Source: Octopus vulgaris (lineage: Eukaryota). Taken from it: a stretch of 64,000 nucleotides of DNA. Shown here piece after piece: positions 47,200 to 61,607 of the stretch. The position numbers were made by a program, and so were the translations under genes. Positions within the stretch are counted from its first letter, which is position 1, and every line of letters begins with the position of its first letter. The notes under the pieces were generated by a model. That model did no database searches, was not told the DNA's origin, and was given only the letters and a program-made list of their open reading frames with translations. The stretch spans positions 56,296,001 to 56,360,000 of the forward strand of contig OX597824.1 in NCBI GenBank assembly GCA_951406725.2. The letters run 5' to 3'.

Positions 47200-47588
47200 G
47201 TATATATGTGTATATATATATATATGTGTATATATATATATGTGTGTATGTGTGTATATGTGTATATATATATATGTGTATATATATATATATGTGTATA
47301 TATATATATATATGTGTATATATATATATGTGTATATATATATATATGTGTATATATATATATATGTGTATATATATATATATGTGTATATATATATATA
47401 TGTGTGTGTATATATATATGTGTGTATATATATATGTGTGTATATATATATGTGTGTATATATATATGTGTGTGTGTGTATATATATATGTATATATATA
47501 TACATATATATATATGTATATATATATATGTATATATATATATGTATATATATGTATATATATATGTATATATTTATTATATAGAAGG

Positions 47589-47639
47589 AGCTTCTACAGG
47601 ACTAGAACTGTTTCATTCAAGAGAAATCATCAGGAAGCT
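47589..47639 (-). ncRNA. Compact type I hammerhead ribozyme
   Basis: Minus strand: agcttc CTGATGA tttctcttgaat GAAA cag ttctagtc ctGTA gaagct. 6-bp stem I and 4-bp stem III; stem II is weak with a U-U closing pair. Confidence 0.65.
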
Positions 47640-47960
47640 AGTTAACAAGAATAGTTTTGGCATTTATACATTAGGCAGGTTTAAAGGGGTGGTGGTGGGG
47701 GACTTTTTGGGGGTAGGCATAGAGCAAAAATATCATACTTAGGGGAGTGGTCAAGGAGTCAGTGGTAAATTAGATAAAAGAATAAATAAAAGAATAAAAA
47801 ATAAATAGAAGAATAGAGTTTTAGGTAAATAAGGAGATTCTCACTTATACATATACGCATATGTATATATATACACACACACACACACATATACATACAC
47901 ACACATATACATACACACATATATACATACATATATATATATATACACACATATACATAT

Positions 47961-48029
<69 letters not shown>

Positions 48030-48130
48030 CACACATATATACAGAAACATATACATGCATATATACACACACGCCAACACATACATATACACACAAATAT
48101 ATACATACACACACATACACATACACACAT

Positions 48131-48166
<36 letters not shown>

Positions 48167-48799
48167 ACACACATGCACACACATATACACATATATATAT
48201 ACATATATATACATATGTGTACCCATACATACATACACACATATACATACACATACAAACCCTTTCCCTTATTTTAATTTTATTATTATTTTCATTTATT
48301 ACTTTTGTTATCTTTGACCCGCGGTCACAAGCATCTTAGCTATCGTCCCCCTGGGGACGACAGCAAGTCCATTTATCTTTCTACTCGAACACAAGCACTC
48401 ACTCACGCACGCACACTCACTCATTCGTACACTCATACACATACACGCACGCACGCGTTATATTCATACATACATACATCTACATACATTCACATATATA
48501 CACATACGTACGCGTACCTACAGATTCATGTCTACACGCTTACACATACATACCTCAATACACCCACAGAAGACTAGTCCATACATATACCCCAATAAAT
48601 ATATATACACATATACATATACACCTACATACAAATACATACACATACACATATGTATATATATATACGTATATATACATACATATACATATACCCATAC
48701 ATACATACATATATACACATACACACACCCACACATATACATATACATACACATACACGCATTCATACACATACATATACATATATATACACACATATA

Positions 48800-48859
<60 letters not shown>

Positions 48860-48966
48860 CACATATATATATATATATATACACATATATATATACATAC
48901 ACACACACATATACATATATATACATACACACACATACACATATACATGCGTAAACATACGCATGT

Positions 48967-49198
48967 GGAGGCGCTATGGCCTAGTGGTTAGGGCAGCGGA
49001 CTTGCGGTCGGAGGATCGCGGTTTCGATTCCCAGACCGGGCGTTGTGTGTGTTTATTGAGCGAAAACACCTAAAAGCTCCACGAGGCTCCGGCAGGAGGT
49101 GGTGATCCCTGCTGTACTCTTTCACCACTCTAAAAGGCGGTGCTCCAGCATGGCCGCAGTCAAATGACTGAAACAAGTACAGAAAAAAAAAAAAAAAA
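48967..49198 (+). mobile_element. tRNA-derived SINE with LINE-type 3' tail
   Basis: A box TGGCCTAGTGG, B box-like GGTTTCGATTCCC. Tail GGCGGTGCTCCAGCATGGCC..GAAACAAGTA shared with the LINE at ~46785-46841. Confidence 0.8.
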
Positions 49199-49472
49199 TA
49201 CACACACACACACACGCGCATCCATATATACACCTAAGTACACACATGCGTAAAAGTATACATATATCTATACATATGCTTACACATACACACACACACA
49301 CGCGCCTCCTTATGTTCATATACTTACATGCATACTCAAAAAATAAATAATAAAATATATATACGTGCAGTTATTCATATACATACATGCATACTCAAAA
49401 AATAAATAATAAATATTAAGTATATGTACGTGCAGTTACCTATTATACAGACGGATACAAACATATAAACTT

Positions 49473-49510
<38 letters not shown>

Positions 49511-49728
49511 ACTTACACATATGTATATATACATACATACATAACTCTACGTACCTACATATAAACACACGAGCGTACACGTATATGTACATATACACAC
49601 ACACATACATACATATACATATATATACATACAAATATATATATACATATATATATATACATATACATACACACACATACACATACACACACATATATAT
49701 ATATATATATACATACATATACACACAT

Positions 49729-49761
<33 letters not shown>

Positions 49762-49782
49762 CATATACACACATACATATAC

Positions 49783-49822
<40 letters not shown>

Positions 49823-49894
49823 ACGTGTGTATGCATACATACATACTCATACACACACACACACACACTTACACATACATATATACAAACACTT

Positions 49895-49927
<33 letters not shown>

Positions 49928-49974
49928 CATATATGTACATATACACACACATTCACATATATATATATATATAC

Positions 49975-50039
49975 TTTGATACTTTGATAGGTTTTGGCCA
50001 TTATTGGCCCAGGCCATGTCTAACTTAATAGCACCACCT
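49975..50039 (-). mobile_element. Isolated LINE 3' tail
   Basis: GGCCATGTCTAACTTAATAGCACCACCT matches the tails at ~15165 and ~26160. Confidence 0.7.
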
Positions 50040-50137
50040 TAATATACACACACATACACATACACACATATATATATACATACATCTACACACATACACA
50101 CACACACATATATATACATACACACACATACATATAC

Positions 50138-50173
<36 letters not shown>

Positions 50174-50323
50174 GTGTGTATACATACATACATACTCATA
50201 CACACACATACACATACACACATATATATATACACGTATATACACATAAGTACATACATGCATATATTTCTATACAAGTGCATACACATACATACACTCA
50301 TGCGCCACCTTATATACATAAAT

Positions 50324-50423
50324 NNNNNNNNNNNNNNNNNNNNNNNNNNNNNNNNNNNNNNNNNNNNNNNNNNNNNNNNNNNNNNNNNNNNNNNNNNNNN
50401 NNNNNNNNNNNNNNNNNNNNNNN
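50324..50423. other. Assembly gap (100 N)
   Basis: Run of n. Confidence 1.
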
Positions 50424-50499
50424 ATTTATATATATATATGTATTTATATATGTATATATGTATGTATTTATATATATATATGTATTTATATATATATAT

Positions 50500-50626
<127 letters not shown>

Positions 50627-50695
50627 TTATATATATATATGTATATATATATGTATTTATATATATATGTATATGTATTTATATATATATGTATT

Positions 50696-50726
<31 letters not shown>

Positions 50727-50751
50727 GTATTTATATATATATATATGTATT

Positions 50752-50784
<33 letters not shown>

Positions 50785-51092
50785 TTTATTTTTTTTTTTT
50801 TATGTTTTTATCATACTTAAGGATGGTTAGCCAAAGTGCTGCCATTGTGTGCAGGAATAATGATGGTTTCCATAAGACCTATATTTACATTGGTATTCTT
50901 TATATATATAAAATTCTTATGTTTTATATTTTCAATATTTTGACTTTATATATTCTTTCATGGTTGATAAGAATAAGTATTTAAATAAATAGAAAATTTC
51001 AATGTATTATATATATAATAGAAAGGACTACTATTATTATTAGTAGTAGTAGTTCTATCTTTGTAAGTTTATGCTATTTATTTCAAGAGATT

Positions 51093-51159
<67 letters not shown>

Positions 51160-51204
51160 TTATATATATATATATATATATTTTATTTATATATTTTTTT
51201 TATA

Positions 51205-51346
<142 letters not shown>

Positions 51347-51353
51347 ATATGTA

Positions 51354-51388
<35 letters not shown>

Positions 51389-51496
51389 TTATATATATAT
51401 ATATATGTATTTATATATATATATATATATACTATATATATATATATAGTATTTATATATATATATATATATGTATCTATATATATATATATATAT

Positions 51497-51859
<363 letters not shown>

Positions 51860-51922
51860 TTATATATATATATATTTATATATATATATATATGTATTTA
51901 TATATATATACATATATATATG

Positions 51923-51964
<42 letters not shown>

Positions 51965-53607
51965 ATATACAATATATAAAATATATATATACAATATATA
52001 TACAATATATACAATATATATACAATATATATATACAATCATGTATATATACAATCATGTATATATACAATCATGTATATATACACATATATATATATAT
52101 ACATATATATATATGTATTTATATATATATACAATATATATATACAATATATATACAATATATATATATATACAATCATGTCCTCACACCCTTGTTCCTC
52201 TGTATCATTGCTATCCGGTAGCCTCACCAACTCTATATATATATACCCAGGTGTTTCACCACCTACTCGCACTCTTTAATCACACTCCCTTCACAATATC
52301 TTGCTACTTATATTTTGGCATTTGAACCTCGAGGTTATGCCCTGGCACTTCCCATTATCTATATCTCTCTTCCTTTACTCAACTATCTCATTTATATTCT
52401 GATCCCCGTTCCTTGTGAATATGCCCAGCATTTTGCCACCATCTCTATCCTGCTCTCTCCCACTCTCTCTTTCTCCTGCACTTCCCTCAAGTTGGGCAAC
52501 CGTGTATTTTCTTTGCAGTAGCACACCTGTTTCTGTCTTCATTCCTGATCTTTCTCGCTCTCGCCAGGTAACCTCGTACTTCCTCTACTGCAAGACACCT
52601 GTATTTGTCTCACTATAACCTTTTTAATCATCACCTCCTCCAATGCCTCCCCTCCTCTAATAAATTTTTTTCTTTTTTTTTTATGCCTTGCAAGTACTTG
52701 GTGACCCAGTCAGTGTAGGTGCCACTTCAAAGCACCCAGTACACACTGTAAAGTGGTTGGTGTTCAGAAGGGCATCCAGCAGTAAAAACCTTGCCAAAAG
52801 AAAAAGTATGATGTAAGGAAGAGCAGGCAGAAGGTTCACTCAGCTGAATGTTGATCTAAAGAAAAAAGCTAAAAAGAAAACAGTCAGAGAGAGAGAGGAG
52901 GAGGGCCAGCTCTGATGGTCATCACATGCTAACATAAAAGGTAAATGATGATTTTTTAAACACAAAAGTGTTCTGTTCCCATGTATAAAACTACATAGAA
53001 TAGTACAATTCAAAAAGATACATTAAAACCAATGGTAGTAAACTACCAAATACTTGGAAAATGTAAGATGAATAGACTGTATATGGTTTTTTTTTTATTT
53101 ACATTGTTCTCTAATTAATTTTGTTTCATATCATTGTCTTATTAATTTTCTTTTACATTGTCTTGAAGTTAGAATTTGAATTTGAGATGGGATGATTGGT
53201 ATGATCACAATCAGAACCTCTGATTCCATAAAATAGATAGGTTGGTCACAATTGGGGAACTAGAAAGAAAAAAAATCTGTCAGCATTCCATAAAACAAAA
53301 AAAATACAAAATAGTCACATCTGGAACACTTTCATTCTCACGAAGAAAAAAGGGGAAAACTCTGATTCCATTAAGGAAAGTGAAACAGTTATGTTTGGAA
53401 CACTTTTCTTCTAACATTTCATAGATGTGACTATTTTGTATTTTTTTTTTATGGAATGCTGACAGATTTTTTTTCTTTATAGTTCCCCAATGTCTTTTGA
53501 TATTTTGGCAATCTCATTATAACAAACTTCTCATTACAACAAAAAAATTTTTTTTTTTTTAATATCCCATGAAATTTCACCTGTAATACAGTGCATAACA
53601 CACATAC

Positions 53608-53887
53608 CTGATCCAGCATAGACATGGTCCCGGACAACATGATCTTCATAGTCTTTGTCACTTACACCTTCTAGGGGTAAGGAAGGGCACACCTCATTTA
53701 CACCATATCGACAAACGTAAGATCCACCTTCTTTGGAACAATGAAAACTCCGCAGATGATAACAGAACTCCTTTGGAGACTTGAAATGTCCAGTTTTTTT
53801 GCAGACAACACAGACTTTCCATTGACTTGGAATCCCTGAATTGCTTTGGCTTGTCCATGGTTGAGAATTCAATGTAGATGATGCCAT
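53608..53887 (-). CDS. VPS54: First coding exon of a VPS54-like (GARP complex) gene, N-terminal Cys/His-rich domain
   Basis: CVVC..F..HLRSFHCSKEGGSYVCRYGVNEVCPSLPLEGVSDKDYEDHV resembles, from memory, invertebrate Vps54 N-termini. ATG at 53887, donor CAG|GTATGT at 53608 (phase 1), candidate acceptor TAG| at 53914. Confidence 0.7.
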
Positions 53888-53948
53888 GTCATGTCAGAGT
53901 AAATCATGCAGACCTATTATTATTATTATATATGTGTGTGTATACATA

Positions 53949-53979
<31 letters not shown>

Positions 53980-54276
53980 CACACTCACACACTTATGTAT
54001 GTATGCATATGTATGTACTTGTAGGGAAATGCGGATGAATATAAATTAAATTTTATAAATTAATAGTTTTCATTTCTCACTTAAATGCAGACAAGATTTC
54101 TTGAATGATGATGTTTTTCCATTTTTCTTCGTATTTATGTAGTTTATGGCATGTTTTCCACCATCTCAGCAAACAGTCCAGTTTCAAGATAATCTAAAGA
54201 ATAAAGATGAGAGCAACATAAAAAACATGCATAATAATCTGGAAGAATTTTAAATTTATTTAACTTAAAAGATATA

Positions 54277-54830
54277 TTAGGTTGGCAACTAAGTTCCCGC
54301 CATTTTTTTTAATTTTGCAATTTATTGCGTTTTTAAATTTTGGAATCTATTTTGTTGTTTTTTAGTTAATTTTTGTTTATTTTCAGATCATTAAAATGAA
54401 ATGTCAAGTTAAAAAAAACGAGCACTTTCGACACCTCCTTTTTACTTTTAATCAAGGTTCTAAGGCCGCAAAAGCTGCTCGCGACATTTGTGCTGTGTAT
54501 GGAAAGAGTGCCATAGCTGAAAGAACCGCTCGTGATTGGTATGCCAAGTTCAAAAATGGAAATTGTGACCTCAAAGATGCACCTTGTTCTGGCTGTCCAG
54601 TTGAGTTCGATGAAGAGCAATTAAACCAACTTTTGCATGAAAATTCTCATCAAACAAGGGAACTAGCAGAGAAAATAGAATGCTCCCACACTGCTATAGA
54701 GAAGCATCTTCACTCGATGGGAAAGGTTCAGAAGTATGGAGCATGAGTTCCGCATGCTTTAATTGACAACAAAAATCAACGAGCCACACTCTCTGCTGGT
54801 TTGCTTGCTCATCACCGCTCAACTCATGGA
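54277..54830 (+). mobile_element. Mariner (Tc1/mariner) 5' fragment with transposase HTH remnant
   Basis: TA + TIR TTAGGTTGGCAACTAAGTTCC. ORF 54396-54746 contains HFRHLL...AARDICAVYG...WYAKFKNG..DLKDAPCSG. Confidence 0.85.
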
Positions 54831-55394
54831 CACATATGTATATACATATGGTGCATTGTGAATTTGTGGAAAGAAATCCCATAAAACTCAACAATTTTAA
54901 TAAAAATGGAGAAAAGAAGGTGTGAACACCTTTTCTTCTCCATTTTTATCAAAATTGTTGAGCTTTATGGGATTTCTTTCCATAAATTCACAGCACACAT
55001 ATACAAGTATTATTTTCATATTCGCAATTTTGCACCAGTAAGCTACCAGCAAAATATGAAGAATCTATATTAGAAAAATTCTTTTTAGAAACCTCCAAAT
55101 TAAAGGACAAATCTAATTCAACCTTCTTACGCTCACACACACACACATATATAAACAGGGAGTGCAAAAGTAGGTATACAGTAAGTATCACATCAATGTT
55201 ATAATACTTAATTCATTAAAATTATTAGCACATTATAATTATTATATTGATATTTTCAGTGTCATTAACCATAATAATACATTTATCATAATTATAACAC
55301 TTTTGTCACAAGTTTTAATTCTTTTGATAAAAATGAGTTTTGCACATGCTTTCTGTCTTCATAACTGTATATTCACTTTTGCACTACCCTGTTT

Positions 55395-55432
<38 letters not shown>

Positions 55433-55589
55433 GGAAAGTAAAAAAAAACAAAAATGCACATTAAGTATAAAAGTAATGGCTTTTTTATGCTAGCATGGAA
55501 AGCGGACGTTAAACGATGATGATGATGATGAAAGATATATACAAATAAATGATTTGGGGTGGAGTTAAGAAGTATAAAAATCATTATTA

Positions 55590-57390
55590 TGAGTCAGTAT
55601 AGAAAATCAAAGTCATACCGGTTTCTTCAGAGCTTATTACTGACTTTGAATCAACACTAATTTCCAAACGGTGTTGGATCTAATAGTACATGAGGGAAAA
55701 GATTGCATGCAAGGGTGGTAAGCAGTTCTGAAAGTGATGCATTTAAGGTAAATATGATTACTAGAATATGAATGGTATATGGGATGTATGAGGATTAGTG
55801 GGATTATTGGTATTAGTAAGGTTAGTAGTCTCCTGTATTAAGTTGTGTGTTCATGTTAAGTTGTGGTTGATATTTGTTAAAGAAAGTTGCCTCTTTATAT
55901 AATCTTTGCTGCACTTAGGTGTTTTGGGAACATTGAAAAAGAGGGAAAATTAAGAAGTTTGGTTTAAGTTTCCTAGCACAATATATCTATATGCTCACTG
56001 ACCTGTATCTGTCTATATTGTGGGAAGCAGATTTGTTCTTTGTGAAGTGCTGTTCTTCGTCTGAAAGACATTTCTGTTTGGCCTATGTAGTGGTTTCCAC
56101 AAACTAAGCAGGTAATAAATTTTCAGAGGCACAAGTGAAATTTGATTTTATCCTAAATATTTCTGAAATTCTGTACCCTCCAAAAGGTGGGGACATGTGC
56201 CATGGTTAGGCTGCCCGCATTTTTTCACTTTTGGTTCTGTTCTTAAAGGATATATATAGTCTTCCACTAGTTAATATTTTTTTCAATGATTTCAGTTGCA
56301 TTTTGCTTTTGATAATTTTGGGTGAGCCTAAAATTTCATTCAGTGTTCTATCTCCAGTGAGAATGAGTAGATTTTGGATGATGTTGAATGCCTCATTGTT
56401 TCTTGGGTTTTGTGTAGAGATGTATGGGAGTTCTTTTAAATCTTGTGCGGTATTTCGGATAACTTGCCTTAATGTTTGTATGTCTATTTCCTTTGCTCAT
56501 TTAATCCCATCATCTATTAATGATGTTGTGTAATGTCTCCTGATTAGTGTTGATTTAAGTTCACAGAGTCTTAGTTCACAGGTATTGATATCCGAAAAAA
56601 CTATGGTACAGATTCTTTTCGCTAGATATATTAGGTATATTAATTTTTATGTGTTTGGGGTGGCATGAGTTGAATAATAGGTATTGTTTTGAATCTGTGA
56701 GTTTATAATGTCTGTTTTGGTGTGGTTATTGACAATTTTAATTAGGATGTCAAGAAAGGGAAGTTGTTTATTACTGTGTTCCATGGTGAATTGTATGTTG
56801 CTATTGATATTGTTGAGCATTATTTTGAAATCAAAGAGTTTGTCCATGCTATCATCTTTTGTCCAAGCAATCATCTTTTTACGGTTCTTTTTTTAATAAC
56901 AATGAAATGAGGTACCATATTTTTGTTGTGATAATTGGTATATTTTAAGTTCTAGATAACCCATTACAAGGTTCACAGTCACTGGAGCAGCTCAAGTTCC
57001 CATTGCAATTCCACATTTTTATTGATAGTAAACTATATCAAACATGAAATAGTTGTTCAGGAGGATAAATTTCAGTGCTGTAATTTTGAAACTGTGGTTG
57101 ATGCATCCTGAGATCTCTTCTAGGTATTTTTCTAGCCAGAAGGTGATTGCTTTTATACTATAATTGTGTGGAATATTGGTGTACAAGTTCACCATATTGA
57201 ATGATACTAACAGGGTTCCTTCATTTATTGTTTTCGGGAGGTGGCTAAGCATGTCTAAATCAGCCCTAATAAAGCTGTTAACATATTTTTTAAATGGTTT
57301 GAGTAAGTTGTCAAAGAAATTGCTCAAACGAGTTACACAAGCTGAGCCAGCAATGATGGGTTTTAGTTTGATGTCGGTGTCGGGGCATTA
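55590..57390 (-). mobile_element. Degenerate Penelope-like element (RT plus GIY-YIG relic)
   Basis: Fragments NLYTNIPH, GIAMG, IQFTME..LPFLDILI. Collapsed hammerhead motif at ~55615-55632. Confidence 0.75.
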
Positions 57391-59285
57391 ATGCATAGGC
57401 TTGATAAATTCTACGAAACTTTACCAACGTTAAAAAATTTATTCTCTTTACTTTAAATAGATGTAAAAGGCCTCACTAAAAAAGAAATTGATTATCTATC
57501 CGATTTTAAATACAAACCAAGTCTCTTCTACGGCTAACCCAAAATACGCAAAAATCCATATATTAATAAATACAAACCGATATAAAAGGCTGAAGGATTT
57601 TCCATTTTCCAGCAAGGTAATTAATTGCTTCAATCAGCGACAAAACAAAACCGACGTATACGACAGGTATGTAAAATGTATTTCTGCGTACTTTTTTCTC
57701 TGTACATTCAGATAAGCTATAGAAATTGTTGCACGCGCGCACACACAAACACGAAAATTCTCCAGACAATTAGCTATTATTTTTAGCATGTCAAGTTTTG
57801 TGGTGAGGGATTCACATGCCGTGATCCTTTTGTTGTTACACTATAAATTGACGCATGTAGGAACGGACAAAACAGTCATTCATTTTTCACTTTTACACAG
57901 CGAGATGAGGTGGTGAAGGGGTGTGGATCATATTTTCATAAAAAATTTGAAATTAAAATTTGTTTTTTCCCCCATATTCTTATTCTCCGTATTTTCCACA
58001 AACTTTGAAAAAAAAATTCGAAAACAGTTTTAAATTGGGGGGGGGGGGGAATTTTGAAAACGTGGTTTTTTTACATATTCGGAGTCTCCGTCACCGAATA
58101 CATAGGAATCCAGTGGAAAAAAAAAACGGAGAAGTCAGTTTCGAGGGTGGGTAACTGTGCACCAGGTCCGCCAATTAAACTGTAACACTATATCAGGACA
58201 GAATCAGTATCGGAAATAGCTTGACTCGATAGGAAATCGGCTACCACCACACATGCATACATACACACTTGTGTGCGTGTGTGTATAGGTACTATTGTAT
58301 TCCACGATATCCAGTCAAGCAGAATCCTATTGAATGTTGTTTCTTTCTCTTTCACTTTCTGTCACTAATCTCTTCTTTTCTCATGTTGTTACTGTTCCTT
58401 AGTCTTATCAACAATGACTGGCTGCACAAGCATCAGCAACAAAAAGAACCTACTCACACTTCAAATGACATCTTATTGCATTAAAAAAATGAATATAAAA
58501 GGTCCTACAATAAACAATGAAACCAATAATAATGAGAAATGTATAAGAATAACTTGGCTATTTTGAATGACCGAAATAAATTAGCAAATAGTTAAAAGTG
58601 GGACAAGGGGACAGGCTAAAAGTGAATTATTATTAAGAGAGAATGTTATTTATAGATTACATGCTTCGTTTCTTAAAACATATCGTCTTGAAAAAGGACA
58701 TGTCCTCATAAAAAGAAACAGTAAAACACATGAAAGTATTGCAAATTAACGACTATTTCGTAAAAATATTGTTTGAAAGTTTTCAGAAGACAAATCTATG
58801 TCCCGAGAAGAGTTTAATCATTTACTTATTAATTTCAGTCATTCAGAATAGCCAAGAAATTTTTGCATAGTCCTCATTATTGTCGGTTTCATTTTCGTTG
58901 TCGCACTGGTGTTTCAGAAGAAAAAGACTGCTGGGTAACGTGGTCGTAAATACTGTTTACATAATAATAACTTGTATATACACAAGCTACGTGGCTCGTA
59001 ACCCTGTTAGAAGCATCAGCAAATCTTATCACAAAATGAAGTCTTTAAACTGAAAGGACACATTAAATCAGTGAAAATAAATATTATTGAAATACTATTG
59101 TAAAAAACAATACAGGCTGTTTTAAAGATACAATTTAACGATAATATATCAAACAGAAACCGACCGTTGATGCTCCATTTTCCTTCGGATCGCCATATTT
59201 GTACCTTGTTGGAATGATCAAGCAAAGCTGGCGTTGTATTTTTAGCCGTAGTTTTGTTGTAAATTTCTCTCTCGCTTTGCGTGTG

Positions 59286-59317
<32 letters not shown>

Positions 59318-60714
59318 TTTTCTGCTGCTTTAAATAAAGTATATATATTTTTTTTCTGTTGCTTTAAATAAAGTATATATATATATATATATATACTTTA
59401 TTTAAAGCAGCAGAAAATTCAACAAAACCTGTTACTCTGAGTTTCCCGTTGCCGTTCGTCGGACATTTTTCTGAGAAAAATCCAGCGGGTAAAGTTCCAT
59501 CAATTTTAAAAGCCCCCCACCCCGAGGTAGGCTGGATTGTAGCCACACTTCTATACAAGAGGGAGGACAAGATACAATTGATCGAAATTACAAGAGACGG
59601 GCTAACAATTCCAGTCTGTTATAAATTTTGAGTATTGTTATCTCTAGCGATATCAAGATATAACTTTGTATTTTGCATTTTATGTGTAGATGTATATATA
59701 TAGATGTACATGTAATATGTACACACATATATACATACACATATATACATTCACTAGCACTATGACCCGGCAAGGACGGGTCTTTAATGCTAGTTGCTAT
59801 ATAATGTCCTTAAAACACCGGTTGACTAAAGGAATTATAATTTTGCTTTCGAAATTACAATAGCGTTTTTTTTACTTCTATGGAGTAATCATGGCTACAG
59901 GAATCAGTACTACCTCTAAACTCCGAAATTATGTTTCAAATCCAGGATAATTAGCAATATTGTAATCAAAAATATTGTGATCAATATTATAACTATATGT
60001 TTTCCTAAGGGCACTGTCAATTCTACGTACAGTTGGAATTACTTTCACCTAAAGTATTAAAATTAGTTTAGGAAAACTATTATTGGAATGTAAATAACGG
60101 AAACATAAACATATTTTAAGCTAAAGAAAATTCTTGCATATTTTCACTGTTTCACGCATGTTTGCGTATATGTATGTATGTATGTGCGTGTATGTATTTA
60201 AGTATGTATGTATGTATGCATGTATGTATGTATGTACAGTATGTATGTACGTATGCATGCATGTATGTATGTTCAGTATGTATGTATGCATGCATGTATG
60301 TATGTACAGTATATATGTATGTATGTGTGTGTATGTATGTATGCATGTATGTATGTACAGTATATATGTATGTATGTACAGTATGTGTGTATGTATGTAT
60401 GCATGTATGTGTGTGTATGTATGTATGCATGTATGTACAGTATGTATGTACAGTAAGTATGTATGTATGCATGTGTGTATGTATGTATGCATGTATGTAC
60501 AGTATGTATGTACAGTAAGTATGTATGTATGCATGTGTGTATGTATGTGTGTATGTATGTATGCATGTATGTATGTATCTATGTATGTATGCATGCATGT
60601 ATGTATGTATACATGCATATATGTATGTATATATATTCATGCATGTATGTATGTATGCATGTATACATGTATGTATCTATGTATGTATTTATGAAAGTAT
60701 GTATGTATATGCAT

Positions 60715-61185
60715 ACTGGGCGCCACTGCATAGTGCCAAGGACTCCAAATTTGCCATCAAGATGTAGGACAAGATACTGTGATAGCCTGGGCTTCAGAGG
60801 TCCACAGCTCTTCAATATCCTCCTGAAGGACCTGAGAGACCTGCATGGGGTGGATGTAGGTGTTTTCAAAATAAAGCTGGACCTCTTCCTGTCAGGTGTC
60901 CCAGATGAACCAACTTCGTGGTAGGAGGTGCAGATCAGGGCAGCTGCATCAAACTTTCTCATGCACCAAAAAGCATCAGTGAAGTAAAATCATGTAGCAA
61001 CACCAAATGTATGTATGTATGTATGTATGTTTGTATGTATGCATGTAAGTATGTATGTATGTATGCATGCATATATGTACGTATGTATGTACAGTATGTA
61101 TGTATGTATGCATGTATGTATGTATGCATGTATGCATGTGTGTGCCCCAGCATGGCCACAGCTTGTGAGCTGAAACTAGATGATA
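60715..61185 (+). mobile_element. LINE 3' fragment interrupted by (ATGT)n
   Basis: [34 protein letters not shown] matches 40945-41250. Confidence 0.85.
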
Positions 61186-61211
61186 TAAAAATATATATAT
61201 ATACAGCGATA

Positions 61212-61607
61212 GGCGCAGGAGTGGCTGTGTGGTCAGTAGCTTGCCTACCAACCACATGGTTCCGGGTTCAGTCCCACTGCGTGGCATCTTGGGCAAGTGT
61301 CTTCTGCTATAGCCTCGGGCCGACCAATGCCTTGTGAGTGGATTTGGTAGGCGGAAACTGAAAGAAGCCTGTCATATATATATGTATGTGTGTGTATATG
61401 TTAATGTGTCTGTGTTTGTCCCCCTAGCATTGCTTGACAACCGATGCTGGTGTGTTTACGTCACCGTCACTTTGCGGTTCGGCAAAAGAGACCGTTAAAA
61501 TAAGTACTGGGCTTACAAAGAATAAGTCCCAGGGTCGATTTGCTCGACTAAAGGCGGTGCTCCAGCATGGCCGCAGTCAAATGACTGAAACAAGTAAAAG
61601 AGTAAAA
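61212..61607 (+). mobile_element. Full-length tRNA-derived SINE (second family) with LINE-type tail
   Basis: A box TGGCTGTGTGG, B box GGTTCAGTCCC, tail GGCGGTGCTCCAGCATGGCC...GTAAAAGAGTAAAA. Head fragments recur inside Helitrons (~9800, 11730, 17360, 20300). Confidence 0.8.

Noticed and set aside
48967-49045. tRNA gene
   Set aside because: No proper acceptor stem, and it continues into a SINE body and LINE-type tail.
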